Positions 25,263 through 34,247 are shown, numbered from the stretch's first letter. The stretch is 54,515 nt of DNA from an uncultured Candidatus Saccharibacteria bacterium (GCA_964552045.1 CAZKFF010000008.1:1-54515); one strand, 5' to 3'. Made by a program: numbers and translations. The notes: generated from the letters alone by a model not told the origin.

Positions 25263-25787
25263 ATGCTTACGGTATATACCATCGGGCATTCGACGCATCC
25301 TATAGACGAATTCATCACGATGCTGCAGGCTTCCGGCATACAGCGGCTTATTGATATCCGTACCATTCCGAAGTCACGGCACAACCCCCAGTTTATGCAG
25401 GAGGCGTTCCACAAGAGCCTGGCTGAAGCAGGGATTGAGTACGAATACATGAAAGATCTCGGCGGACTGCGCTCCGCTTCCAAAGACTCAGTCAATACCG
25501 GCTGGCGCAACAAATCATTCCGCAATTACGCCGATTATATGCAGACCGATGCATTTAAAACAGCGGTTGAAAAACTCATTGAAAAAGCGAAAGAAAAGAC
25601 CACAGCCATCATGTGTGCCGAAGCGGTGCCATGGCGGTGCCATCGTTCGCTTGTGGGTGATGCGCTTTTGATACGCGATGTATGTGTGATGGACATCATG
25701 AGCCGCACAAGCCAAAAACCGCATACGCTCACTTCGTTTGCGCAGGTTGACGGGACAGAGATAACGTATCCGGAACAGGCGGTGTGA
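25263..25787 (+). CDS. DUF488-family protein
   Basis: MLTVYTIGHSTHPIDEFI..IDIRTIPKSRHNPQF..MCAEAVPWRCHRSLV. Confidence 0.8.
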   Translation: MLTVYTIGHSTHPIDEFITMLQASGIQRLIDIRTIPKSRHNPQFMQEAFHKSLAEAGIEYEYMKDLGGLRSASKDSVNTGWRNKSFRNYADYMQTDAFKTAVEKLIEKAKEKTTAIMCAEAVPWRCHRSLVGDALLIRDVCVMDIMSRTSQKPHTLTSFAQVDGTEITYPEQAV

Positions 25788-25794
25788 GCGGATC

Positions 25795-25803
25795 TGATAT
25801 ACT
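25795..25803 (+). promoter_or_regulatory. putative extended -10 (TGaTATACT) 8 nt upstream of the ATG at 25812
   Basis: No SD between the box and the ATG. Confidence 0.4.
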
Positions 25804-25811
25804 ATCTACAT

Positions 25812-26228
25812 ATGAAAGACGCAATCACCGTAGAAACGGCCGTGCATGCACCCCTCCAAAAAGTGTGGGATGCGTTCACGAGCCCTGAAGCTATTATGCA
25901 GTGGAATGCCGCATCGGAAGACTGGCATTGTCCAAGAGCGGAGAATGAGCTGAAGGAAGGAGGAACGTTCTCATACCGCATGGAAGCAAAAGACGGAAGC
26001 GAAGGGTTCGACCTCACCGGCACATTCACATCTGTGGTTGCTCCTGAACTCCTCGCGTATGAGCTTTCAGACGGCAGAACGGTCGAGACACGATTTACTG
26101 CCGAGCAGGACAGCGTCCGAGTAACTGAGTCTTTCGAACCCGAATCAGAAAACACACACGAGCTGCAAAAGACGGGCTGGCAGGCGATTCTCGACCGTTT
26201 CAAGCAGTATGTTGAAGAGCAATCTTAA
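25812..26228 (+). CDS. SRPBCC/AHSA1-like domain protein
   Basis: ITVETAVHAPLQKVWDAFTSPEAIMQWN..GGTFSYRMEAKDGSEGFDLTGTF. Confidence 0.8.
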   Translation: MKDAITVETAVHAPLQKVWDAFTSPEAIMQWNAASEDWHCPRAENELKEGGTFSYRMEAKDGSEGFDLTGTFTSVVAPELLAYELSDGRTVETRFTAEQDSVRVTESFEPESENTHELQKTGWQAILDRFKQYVEEQS

Positions 26229-26252
26229 TCAATTCTTAATTCCCGTATAGGG

Positions 26253-26258
26253 TATACT
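26253..26258 (+). promoter_or_regulatory. putative -10 TATACT 8 nt upstream of the ATG at 26267
   Basis: GGTATACTTTCCACATATG. Confidence 0.35.
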
Positions 26259-26266
26259 TTCCACAT

Positions 26267-26644
26267 ATGATCCATCACGCTTCAGTAGGAGTCACCGATT
26301 ATGAGAAATCGAAGGAGCTGTACGCGAGCATGCTCGCGCCGCTCGGGTACACCGTCGGCGCAGATATGCCTGAGTATACCGTAGCCGGCTTTTCTGACGG
26401 GGAAGGCATAGACTTCTGGGTCGGACAGAAAGAACACATCGGCGATGGCAGCCATGTCGCGTTTGTCGCAAAAGATCAGAAGGCGGTCGAGGATTTCCAT
26501 GCTGCAGCCCTGAAAGCCGGAGCCTCCGATAACGGTGCGCCCGGCTATCGTACCGAATACAGTCCCGGCTATTACGCCGCCTTCATACATGACTTCGACG
26601 GCAATAATATAGAGGCGGTCTGGCAAGACCCATCGAAGGCGTAA
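26267..26644 (+). CDS. VOC/glyoxalase-family protein
   Basis: MIHHASVGVTDYEKSKELY..HVAFVAKD..YAAFIHDFDGNNIEAV. Confidence 0.8.
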   Translation: MIHHASVGVTDYEKSKELYASMLAPLGYTVGADMPEYTVAGFSDGEGIDFWVGQKEHIGDGSHVAFVAKDQKAVEDFHAAALKAGASDNGAPGYRTEYSPGYYAAFIHDFDGNNIEAVWQDPSKA

Positions 26645-26661
26645 GCCCTTTCTCAACAGCG

Positions 26662-26684
26662 AAAACACCCCCACAGGTGTTTTT
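26662..26684 (+). terminator. intrinsic terminator
   Basis: AAAACACC-CCCACA-GGTGTTTT followed by TG. Confidence 0.55.
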
Positions 26685-26724
26685 GTTGTGAATGTACCTC
26701 AGAACTTTTTCATAATTATAGTTT

Positions 26725-27978
26725 ATGCTTGTGTATATGAAAGCATTTCTTATCATTCTTGGCATTGTAGTCATTGCTGCAGTCGGCTATGCAGCGTATA
26801 CATACGTGAAGCAGGATCCGCCTGAAGTGGTCATTGACGCTGTCACTTCGCAGGATCCTCCGCCGCCTCTGCCGCAGGGGGAGCTCGCTCCGCTTGAAGC
26901 GCCTGAGGGTTTTGTGGCAACCATCTACTCGCGTGAGACGCCGGGCGCCCGGGTCATGACACGGGATCCGAAGGGAACGCTGCTTGTCTCACTTACCTCT
27001 GAAGGGAGGATCGTCGCGCTTCCCGATCTTGATGCCGACGGTATTTCAGATGAAACGAAAACTGTGCTCGACGGACTTGACCGGCCCCACGGCATGCTAG
27101 TTCTGTGTTCAGATACCGGTTTTGAAAGCGTTGATCAGGATGCCTGCACGCTGTATGTCGCTGAAACAGGCGCGCTGAAATCGTATCGGTATGATGCAGA
27201 TACCCAAACCGCGCAGCAGGAAGAAGTGCTTGCTGCGCTGCCGAAAGAGGACGGCGGCGGTCACTATACGCGCACGCTCCTTTTGCACCCCGACGGAGAG
27301 GAGATACTCATTTCCGTCGGCAGTTCATGCAACGTCTGCGAAGAGGCAAATACACAGCGGGCGACGATCCTCTCCTATGATCTGGAAAACAAGACTCTTC
27401 AGACGTATGCGACAGGTTTGCGCAATACCGTGTTCATGGCAATTGATCCAGTCATGGGCGGGATATGGGGGACTGATAACGGACGCGACATCATTGGGGA
27501 CGATACGCCGCCAGATGAGATCAATATCATCGAAGCAGGAAAGTCATACGGGTGGCCATACTGTTACGGCAACAATGTCTATGACTCGGATTTCAACAGG
27601 GAAGAAGACTCGATCTGCGCCGCGATGACTCCGCCGCATATTGAACTGCAGGCGCACTCTGCCGCGCTCGGGCTTGCATTTGTGCCAGAGGAGGGCTGGC
27701 CTGAGGATATGCGCAACGATCTTTTGATCGCCTACCACGGTTCATGGAACCGTAGCGTTCCCACGGGATACAAGGTGGTCAGGTTTGATCTCGAAACGGG
27801 AAACGGGCGTAATGCGGAAAGCGGCCCGATCGACTTTTTGACTGGTTTCCTGCAGAGCGACGATACTAACGACGCGATCGGCCGTCCGGCAGGCGTGTTG
27901 GTGGAGCCGGGAGGCGTTGCCTATGTAAGCGATGACCATGCGGGAGCGATCTATCGCATTGCATGGCAGGGAGAATAA
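26725..27978 (+). CDS. PQQ-dependent sugar dehydrogenase-like beta-propeller (sorbosone/glucose dehydrogenase family)
   Basis: N-terminal TM. Motifs RPHGMLV, GGHYTRTLLL, SSCNVCEE, WGTDNGRD..PPDEINIIE.GKSYGWPYCYG. An alternative ATG lies at 26737. Confidence 0.75.
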   Translation: MLVYMKAFLIILGIVVIAAVGYAAYTYVKQDPPEVVIDAVTSQDPPPPLPQGELAPLEAPEGFVATIYSRETPGARVMTRDPKGTLLVSLTSEGRIVALPDLDADGISDETKTVLDGLDRPHGMLVLCSDTGFESVDQDACTLYVAETGALKSYRYDADTQTAQQEEVLAALPKEDGGGHYTRTLLLHPDGEEILISVGSSCNVCEEANTQRATILSYDLENKTLQTYATGLRNTVFMAIDPVMGGIWGTDNGRDIIGDDTPPDEINIIEAGKSYGWPYCYGNNVYDSDFNREEDSICAAMTPPHIELQAHSAALGLAFVPEEGWPEDMRNDLLIAYHGSWNRSVPTGYKVVRFDLETGNGRNAESGPIDFLTGFLQSDDTNDAIGRPAGVLVEPGGVAYVSDDHAGAIYRIAWQGE

Positions 27979-27991
27979 CAAGCGTGTCTCC

Positions 27992-28504
27992 ATGATCACG
28001 TACTACGTCAAAAAACCGAAGCTGCTGTTTGCCGGTATCAACCCGCATCCCGGTTCTGATGCGCGCGGTGTGCCGTTCTCCAACAACAAGCTGTTCTGGT
28101 ATCTGCTCTCGCGCGCAGGACTTATCGACGAACCAGAGGCACTGCTGCGCCAGGACGCGCTTCTGCAGGAGATGTACCGCACGAGGTTCAATCAGGTCTA
28201 CGGTCTCGGGTTTCTCAATATCATCGACCGGCCCACCAAAGACATTACCCTTCTTAAAAAGGGGGAAGAGCTCGAAGGACGGCGACGGATGGAGGCGGTG
28301 ATCAGGAAAGAAAAACCGCGCGTTGTGTGCTTCGTCGGGAAGGTCGTCTATGAGAAATGGAGCGGTAGGAAAAAATGTGACTTCGGCTGGCAGGAAGATA
28401 TCTTCGATTCAAAGGCATTCGTCATGCATTTCCCGCTGCGGGGAGCGGCTTCTGTGCGGATAGAGGAGCTGCAACTGGTGGCACAGTACGCATTCGCAGT
28501 GTGA
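27992..28504 (+). CDS. uracil-DNA glycosylase superfamily, Mug/TDG-like
   Basis: LLFAGINPHPGSDARGVPFSNNKLFWYLLSRAGL parallels E. coli Mug VVFCGINPGLSS..FPFAHPANRFWKVIYQAGF. ATG at 27992. Confidence 0.7.
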   Translation: MITYYVKKPKLLFAGINPHPGSDARGVPFSNNKLFWYLLSRAGLIDEPEALLRQDALLQEMYRTRFNQVYGLGFLNIIDRPTKDITLLKKGEELEGRRRMEAVIRKEKPRVVCFVGKVVYEKWSGRKKCDFGWQEDIFDSKAFVMHFPLRGAASVRIEELQLVAQYAFAV

Positions 28505-28527
28505 TAATATGCTTGACGTATAGATAT

Positions 28528-28863
28528 ATGTCCACGCAGAAGGAAACCATCGAATTCATACTGGAGAAATTGCAGACAGAACCGCCGCGGTTCTCTTCGC
28601 GCGCGATGTTCGGCGAGTATGCGCTGTATGCAGACAGCAAGACAGTGGCGCTTGTGTGCGATGATCTTTTGTATGTGAAGATCGTCCCTGCGAGCGCTGC
28701 GCTTGAGAGTGTGTGTGAGAAAGGCGAACCCTATCCCGGCGCCCGGCCCCACTATATTGTGGAGGAGGACATGCTTTCGCGCATGGAAGACCTTCCGGAG
28801 ATTCTCTTTGCGATTGCAGAGAGCCTGCCGGAGAAGAAGAAACGTAAGAAGAAAACAGCATAA
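28528..28863 (+). CDS. TfoX N-terminal-domain protein
   Basis: MSTQKETIEFILEKL..SRAMFGEYALYADSKTVALVCDDLLYVK. Confidence 0.7.
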   Translation: MSTQKETIEFILEKLQTEPPRFSSRAMFGEYALYADSKTVALVCDDLLYVKIVPASAALESVCEKGEPYPGARPHYIVEEDMLSRMEDLPEILFAIAESLPEKKKRKKKTA

Positions 28864-28903
28864 GTCGGAGGTACAGTGCGCGGTGAACGTACGGGGCATG
28901 CCA

Positions 28904-28960
28904 TGTGCACCGGATCAGAAAAAAATCCCCAGGGGGGATTTTTTTCTGATCCGGTGCACA
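28904..28960. terminator. 27-bp-stem palindromic bidirectional terminator
   Basis: TGTGCACCGGATCAGAAAAAAATCCCC-AGG-GGGGATTTTTTTCTGATCCGGTGCACA, between convergent genes. Confidence 0.85.
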
Positions 28961-28963
28961 GCG

Positions 28964-29383
28964 TTAGTTCGCCACACTCTCGACGGCCATACCGTCCTCG
29001 ATAAAACCTTCGTCAATCGCAACTCCGCTGTGTACAGCGATGTTCGGAGCGATCTGTAATGCCACCGCTGCGCTTGGTGCAGAAACGGAGTCGGTCAATC
29101 CTTGTGTATTCACATAATGGTAGGTTCCTCCTCCAGTGTCGCGTACGCCGCCGGCTGCCCGAACTGCGGTCGCGGTAACAGGCATACCGTCTTCAATAAG
29201 ACCTTCGTCAATCGCAACTCCGCTGTTTGAGGCGATATTCGGCGCAGCTGCGAGTGCAGTTTGCGCGTCGGGTGCCACAATAGTGTCAGTTACACCTTGC
29301 GTATTCACATAGTGATAGGTCGCTGCTGAAGAAAGGAACGGGAAACATCCCACTGCGAGTGCGAGAAAAAATGCATATTTCAT
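28964..29383 (-). CDS. secreted protein made of two tandem ~65-aa repeats (TYHYVNTQG..APNIA..SGVAIDEG.IEDGM)
   Basis: ATG at 29383 in ORF 28964..29425. Signal MKYAFFLALAVGCFPFLSSA. The DNA repeat period is 195 nt (29006 versus 29201). Confidence 0.7.
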   Translation of the reverse strand: MKYAFFLALAVGCFPFLSSAATYHYVNTQGVTDTIVAPDAQTALAAAPNIASNSGVAIDEGLIEDGMPVTATAVRAAGGVRDTGGGTYHYVNTQGLTDSVSAPSAAVALQIAPNIAVHSGVAIDEGFIEDGMAVESVAN

Positions 29384-29527
29384 AATGTGTACTTTTAACT
29401 GATAACTGCATATACATAGAACCATAACTGCATGAATGTCTGATGAAGACTCTGCAGTATGTGCTCATGAAACATTCATATACGATAGTGCTATCATGAG
29501 GACTATATTGGTTAATTTTCTACATAT

Positions 29528-29965
29528 ATGGCAAAAGTAAGCACTTATCTCAATTTCGAACGGGAGACCGAACAGGCATTCACTTTTTACCAGTCTGTCT
29601 TCGGGACACAATTTGAAGGGGAGATCGTACGCATGGGAAGCGTTCCCCCGCAGGAGGGAATGCCTGCACTTTCTGAAGCGGACAAACAGCTGGTCATGCA
29701 TGTCTCACTGCCGATCTGGGGTGGACACGTGCTCCACGGCACCGACGCTCCGAAATCCATGGGCTTTGCAATGAACTTCGGCAACAACATGTACATCATG
29801 TTGGAGACTGACACCAAAGAAGAAGCTGATACGCTTTTCGCAGCGCTCTCAGAGGACGGAGAGGTGGAAATGCAGCTCCAGGACATGTTCTGGGGAGATT
29901 ACTTCGGGTCGTTCACCGACAAATTCGGCACCCAATGGATGATCAATACTCCAGGGAAGCACTAG
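29528..29965 (+). CDS. VOC-superfamily protein (PhnB-like)
   Basis: STYLNFERETEQAFTFYQSVFGTQF..MFWGDYFGSFTDKFGTQWMIN. Confidence 0.8.
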   Translation: MAKVSTYLNFERETEQAFTFYQSVFGTQFEGEIVRMGSVPPQEGMPALSEADKQLVMHVSLPIWGGHVLHGTDAPKSMGFAMNFGNNMYIMLETDTKEEADTLFAALSEDGEVEMQLQDMFWGDYFGSFTDKFGTQWMINTPGKH

Positions 29966-30046
29966 CATAAAAAGCATCGGAATTACGGCCTTTTTGTCGG
30001 GTGCATAACTGCGCTCTGCACGCTCTATGTGCCTTAAAATAGGAAT

Positions 30047-30928
30047 ATGGCTAGTGCAGCTCCGACAAACAAGGAATTCCTGCAGGAAAAATTTTTCTCT
30101 TTCCCGATAACGCTTCTCATCATTGCGCTTCTTACCCCGCCGGGGGTCGCAGACGCCTATCTGATCCTCGGCCATGCCCACTTCATGATGACGGCGCTTT
30201 ACCAGTACAAGATGGGGAGGATCACCCCGAAAAGCTTCGTCTTCTATCTTGCCGCGTTTGCCGCTGTCTTTTATATCGCGTATCTGTTTCCCCGGGCATT
30301 CACACTCTTTGTGTCAGCGTTTTTGCTCTTCCATGTCTATACCGGCGAAGTGCGGCACATTAAAAGAGGATTTTCCGCCCCGTACCTGTTGATGACGCTC
30401 AGTATCCTACTTCTGCTCTGTTCATGGCTAGCCATAGAACTCTGGCTTCTCCCCATATCCATCCCTGCTGTGCTTATCGGCTCAATTGTGCTCGCGTGTC
30501 TGGCGGTGGTGCTCTTCGTCCGGCAGGAAGGGGTAGTGATCGAATATTTTTTCCTTACCCTGCTTGTGCTCCTTGCTGCATTCGTCCTGCTTGAACTGTT
30601 CGGCATGCGACCAATGTCCGTCGAGAGTTTCGGTTTCATTGTCATCGCGCATTATCTTGCGACCTATTTCAATGTATTCCGCAGTTTCACCCGAAAAGGA
30701 CAGGGGAAGCAATGGCCGTTCGTATGGGAGAGTATAGGAATGAATCTTCTGTTTTTGGCCGGATATATCGCCATCTTCTATTATTTTGGCACTGACAATG
30801 TCGTGTACGCGTATGTCTACCATCCGATCTCATTCTATGTATGGACACTCATGCACTTTCTCACCACGATGAACTTCAAAGGCTACTACCAGACGGTTGT
30901 TTCGGCGGTGCAGAAAATACGGTCCTAA
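30047..30928 (+). CDS. polytopic membrane protein, unknown function
   Basis: 293 aa with 8 or more hydrophobic segments. No family recognised. Confidence 0.6.
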   Translation: MASAAPTNKEFLQEKFFSFPITLLIIALLTPPGVADAYLILGHAHFMMTALYQYKMGRITPKSFVFYLAAFAAVFYIAYLFPRAFTLFVSAFLLFHVYTGEVRHIKRGFSAPYLLMTLSILLLLCSWLAIELWLLPISIPAVLIGSIVLACLAVVLFVRQEGVVIEYFFLTLLVLLAAFVLLELFGMRPMSVESFGFIVIAHYLATYFNVFRSFTRKGQGKQWPFVWESIGMNLLFLAGYIAIFYYFGTDNVVYAYVYHPISFYVWTLMHFLTTMNFKGYYQTVVSAVQKIRS

Positions 30929-30968
30929 CAGCAACCCACTCTCCTTCATCCAGGCGCCATAAAGACTT

Positions 30969-30977
30969 TGGTATACT
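30969..30977 (+). promoter_or_regulatory. putative extended -10 (TGgTATACT) 7 nt upstream of the ATG at 30985
   Basis: TTGGTATACTTTCATATATG with no SD. Confidence 0.4.
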
Positions 30978-30984
30978 TTCATAT

Positions 30985-31908
30985 ATGCAAAAAATCATCC
31001 CTCATCTTTGGTTCAATACCAATGCACAGGAAGCGGTGAAGTTCTACACGTCGATATTCCAGGGCGGTAAGACACATGCAACTTCCTATTATCCGGAAGT
31101 CGGACAGGAGATACACCACATGCCTGCAGGTTCGCTCATGACCGCAGAGTTCGAAATAGAAGGATACCGCATGCTGGCGCTCAATGGCGGCCCGGTATTC
31201 ACCTTCACACCGGCGATTTCCTTCATGGTCAATTTCGACCCATCGCGGGAAGAAAAGGCAGAAGAGCACCTTGTAGAGCTTTGGGAACAGCTTTCGCAGG
31301 GCGGTACGGCTTTGATGGAGCTCGGCGTATACCCATTCAGTAAAAAGTATGGATGGATACAGGACAAATACGGCGTCTCGTGGCAGCTTATTTTGACCGA
31401 TCCGAACGGCGAAGAGCGGCCAAAGATCATCCCGTCGCTTATGTTCGCAGGTGATATTGCAGGAAAAGCTGAAGAGGCGATCGAATACTACGTATCTCTG
31501 TTCGAAAATTCGAGAAAGGGGCAGCTCGCGCATTATGGCGCGGGCCAGGAACCCGACAAAGAAGGCTCACTCATGTTCGGAGACTTTACGCTCGAAGGGC
31601 AGTGGTTTGCCGCCATGGATAGTGCGTATGCCCACGCCTTCACTTTCAATGAGGCGATCTCACTTTTAGTGCTCTGCGAAGATCAAGAAGAGATCGATCA
31701 TTTTTGGAATGCGCTGTCAGCGCATCCGCAATCGGAGCAGTGCGGTTGGCTCAAAGACAAGTACGGTGTGTCGTGGCAGATCAGTCCGAAAGGCATGGAG
31801 GAGCTGCTCAACAGCGAGGACAAGGAAAAAGCGAACAAAGCAATGCAGGCAATGCTGCAGATGAAGAAGCTCGATATTGCAAAATTGAAAGAAGCATTCA
31901 ACAGTTGA
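30985..31908 (+). CDS. two-domain VOC protein (duplicated 3-demethylubiquinone-9 3-methyltransferase-like domain)
   Basis: MQKIIPHLWFNTNAQEAVKFYTSIF.. is repeated as IIPSLMFAGDIAGKAEEAIEYYVSLF... WLKDKYGVSWQI occurs twice. Confidence 0.8.
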   Translation: MQKIIPHLWFNTNAQEAVKFYTSIFQGGKTHATSYYPEVGQEIHHMPAGSLMTAEFEIEGYRMLALNGGPVFTFTPAISFMVNFDPSREEKAEEHLVELWEQLSQGGTALMELGVYPFSKKYGWIQDKYGVSWQLILTDPNGEERPKIIPSLMFAGDIAGKAEEAIEYYVSLFENSRKGQLAHYGAGQEPDKEGSLMFGDFTLEGQWFAAMDSAYAHAFTFNEAISLLVLCEDQEEIDHFWNALSAHPQSEQCGWLKDKYGVSWQISPKGMEELLNSEDKEKANKAMQAMLQMKKLDIAKLKEAFNS

Positions 31909-31911
31909 TGT

Positions 31912-32418
31912 ATGCCTGAGACCATTGACGCTTTTAAAGATGAGTCACGAACGCTTACAGGTCTCTTTGATGCGTTTGCGCGTAAGCATGCGCTCGAAGG
32001 GAAGGCAGCGGCAGACCATATCTGTTACAAATGCGGCTCATCGGATACGTTTGAACGCCTGCGCGCTCTGTTCGAGTATGAAAGTGCGTACGAGTATCAG
32101 TCGATCATCTCAAAAAGAAGAATAGCGTACATTAGATTCAAGGAGGGGATAGAGACAGTGCTCGGCACGATCATGTACCTTGAGCTGTCAGATCAGAAGC
32201 CTGATGGATCACAAAAAGACGGATTCGATCACATCGAAGTGTATCCGGTTGTGGGAACCTATGACGAACTTGTGATGCTGCTTGAAGAGACGGAAACAGT
32301 TATTAAAGTGGAGCGTCCGCACCATACAACGCACGATGTAGAGCTCAATGAAGGCTTCATATTCCGGTGCGAACATGAGCCCCTGATTGAAAAGATAAAA
32401 AGAGAAGAAATGTTCTAA
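31912..32418 (+). CDS. VOC-fold protein, YecM-like
   Basis: ADHICYKCGSSDTFERLRALFE..DHIEVYP..HHTTHDVEL. Assignment is tentative. Confidence 0.55.
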   Translation: MPETIDAFKDESRTLTGLFDAFARKHALEGKAAADHICYKCGSSDTFERLRALFEYESAYEYQSIISKRRIAYIRFKEGIETVLGTIMYLELSDQKPDGSQKDGFDHIEVYPVVGTYDELVMLLEETETVIKVERPHHTTHDVELNEGFIFRCEHEPLIEKIKREEMF

Positions 32419-32520
32419 TGGAGGGAGGGGTTGACAAAATGTAATAAATGCTGCAGTATTGTCACGATTTTGTTCTCCTGTTCTTTGCAAAGAACGGCAA
32501 GACTCATGGCAATAACTGCA

Positions 32521-32578
32521 GAGACCCGATGCTTTTTGGGCTTTTTTGACGCGAAAAGAGCAAAAAAAGCATCGGTCT
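32521..32578 (+). promoter_or_regulatory. long imperfect hairpin in the 5' leader of the 32630 gene
   Basis: GAGACCCGATGCTTTTT..N26..AAAAAGCATCGGTCT, about a 15-bp stem with one bulged C. Preceded by TTGACA at 32431 and the palindrome GTTCTTTGCAAAGAAC at 32480-32495. Confidence 0.45.
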
Positions 32579-32629
32579 GTCCGAATGAATCGGATGGGAC
32601 GCTCTGCCTTCATCAGCAAGGAGACTTCA

Positions 32630-33643
32630 ATGAACAAACTCGCGGTTGCGGCTCTTCTCTCGACGTGCCTCGCCGTTGTGCCCGGCGCCGTTTTGGCGCA
32701 GGAGACCACGACGGTCAAGTTCAACCTTTCGGTCAACCAGCCCACGCTGTTCGACGAAGGTGACGCGGTCCGCGACACTTTCAAGGGCAGCGTGGACGAC
32801 CAGAGTGGTGTGACCTCGTTCGAGGTCGTCTGTTCGGCGGGCGCGAAGGGAACCTTCGGCTTCGGAAGGAAGGATGAGACCTGTGCCGTCACCGGCGAAG
32901 GTATTATCCGCAATCCGGCCAATCCCTCGCAGACGATCAAGCGCATCGCCTACTCCGGCGGCTTCGTCATCGAGGCGAAGAAGGACGGCTACACCAACAT
33001 GGGAACCATCAACGCCAACTATGCCCGTGTCGGCAGTGCTCCGGCCGAGAACGCGACGTTCGGCGGCTCGGTGACCATGATGCCTGAGAACCCCTCGGCA
33101 CCGGCCATGGAGCTCGCCAGGCGCGCCCTTGACTACCTCAAGGAAAAGGCAGCCGGCGATGCGGTCGAGTTCGACACCCAGATCGATTCGATCCGGTTTT
33201 CTGACCTCACCATTCCGCACGTCGGGCAGAAGGGCTCGACCTCGTGCTCGTGGGACAAGGACGCTATCTTCGTCTATGCCAACGAGCAGTGGCAGGTTGC
33301 GCTCGACGTCAGCTGCGGCGGCACCACGTATCCGCTTGAAGGCAACGTCGCACTCGCCGATGCCCCCGAGGGCAGCGAGCATGACCATGAGTACCAGATC
33401 AATCTGCTTCTCGGCGGCGCCCAAAGCGGCGGCGATCCGTTCGCTGCTGCGGACCCGTTCGCTACGGTCAACGGCATCACCGGCATTCTCAGGATGACCG
33501 ATGCCGGCCGCGTGACCGAAGACGACGTCGCTGAGCGGATCGAGGTCGAAGGCGAGATCGTCGGCACGGGCGTCCCGCTGGAAGCCACGCGCGGTCTGGG
33601 GCAGATCATGCTGGTCTTTGCCCGCACGTTCTATGGGGAGTGA
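32630..33643 (+). CDS. secreted hypothetical protein (G+C-rich module)
   Basis: AAGGAG lies 6 nt upstream of the ATG at 32630. Signal MNKLAVAALLSTCLAVVPGAVLAQE. No family recognised. Confidence 0.65.
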   Translation: MNKLAVAALLSTCLAVVPGAVLAQETTTVKFNLSVNQPTLFDEGDAVRDTFKGSVDDQSGVTSFEVVCSAGAKGTFGFGRKDETCAVTGEGIIRNPANPSQTIKRIAYSGGFVIEAKKDGYTNMGTINANYARVGSAPAENATFGGSVTMMPENPSAPAMELARRALDYLKEKAAGDAVEFDTQIDSIRFSDLTIPHVGQKGSTSCSWDKDAIFVYANEQWQVALDVSCGGTTYPLEGNVALADAPEGSEHDHEYQINLLLGGAQSGGDPFAAADPFATVNGITGILRMTDAGRVTEDDVAERIEVEGEIVGTGVPLEATRGLGQIMLVFARTFYGE

Positions 33644-33661
33644 AGACTCCCACACAAACAT

Positions 33662-33687
33662 GTCCCCGGCGGTACGCCGCCGGGGAC
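33662..33687 (+). terminator. GC-rich hairpin (11-bp stem) after the 32630 gene, no T-tract
   Basis: GTCCCCGGCGG-TACG-CCGCCGGGGAC. Confidence 0.5.
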
Positions 33688-33806
33688 AACGCTCTGGATA
33701 TTCTCCGGGGCGTTTTTGTACATTGACTATTTCATGTTTGTATGGCACAGTTGATCCGAACTAAGTACACAAGTCCTTCACGTCAACCCAACCGCTCGGA
33801 GGAATC

Positions 33807-34247
33807 ATGAGCAAACCCTACTGGCGAATTCTTCTCGAACGGATCGTTCTCGCCGCGATCCTGGTCTTCGTGACCTACAACATCTCCGGCTTCTCGTACA
33901 GCCACTGGGTGATCGGGACTCCGTTCGAGGGGTTCAATGCAGTCATGGGCGTGCTCAAGATCCTGACCGGCATCGTGCTGCTGGTCGGCTTCGGCATCCT
34001 GCTGCGCGCCGCGTGGCGTGCAACCGGGCTGGTCGGGGTCATCGCGATCGTCGGCATTTGTGCGGCGTTCGTCTGGCTTCTGCAGGTAGCGGGATGGATC
34101 AATCTCGCAAAGCCGACTACGAGCATCATCGCTGCTCAGATCATCGTCGTTTTGATCTTGGCGATCGGCTCCACATGGAGCATCTTCTGGAAGCGGGGCA
34201 CCGGCCAAATGCAGGTCGAAGACCCGGACACTCCCGAGCCGACGTGA
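33807..34247 (+). CDS. 4-TM membrane protein, unknown function
   Basis: GGAGG SD 4 nt upstream. Hydrophobic segments throughout, with an acidic and Pro-rich tail. Confidence 0.65.
   Translation: MSKPYWRILLERIVLAAILVFVTYNISGFSYSHWVIGTPFEGFNAVMGVLKILTGIVLLVGFGILLRAAWRATGLVGVIAIVGICAAFVWLLQVAGWINLAKPTTSIIAAQIIVVLILAIGSTWSIFWKRGTGQMQVEDPDTPEPT

Noticed and set aside
28348-28899. 183-aa minus-strand ORF overlapping the Mug-like and TfoX-like genes
   Set aside because: It is antisense to two genes with clear family signatures, and it is Cys/Arg-rich with no motif.
32627-33748. 373-aa minus-strand ORF (also 32209..32946 and 34442..35176)
   Set aside because: These are typical shadow ORFs in G+C-rich DNA, Arg/Gly/Asp-rich with no start signals. 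The + strand genes have SD sequences, a signal peptide or TMs, and downstream terminators.
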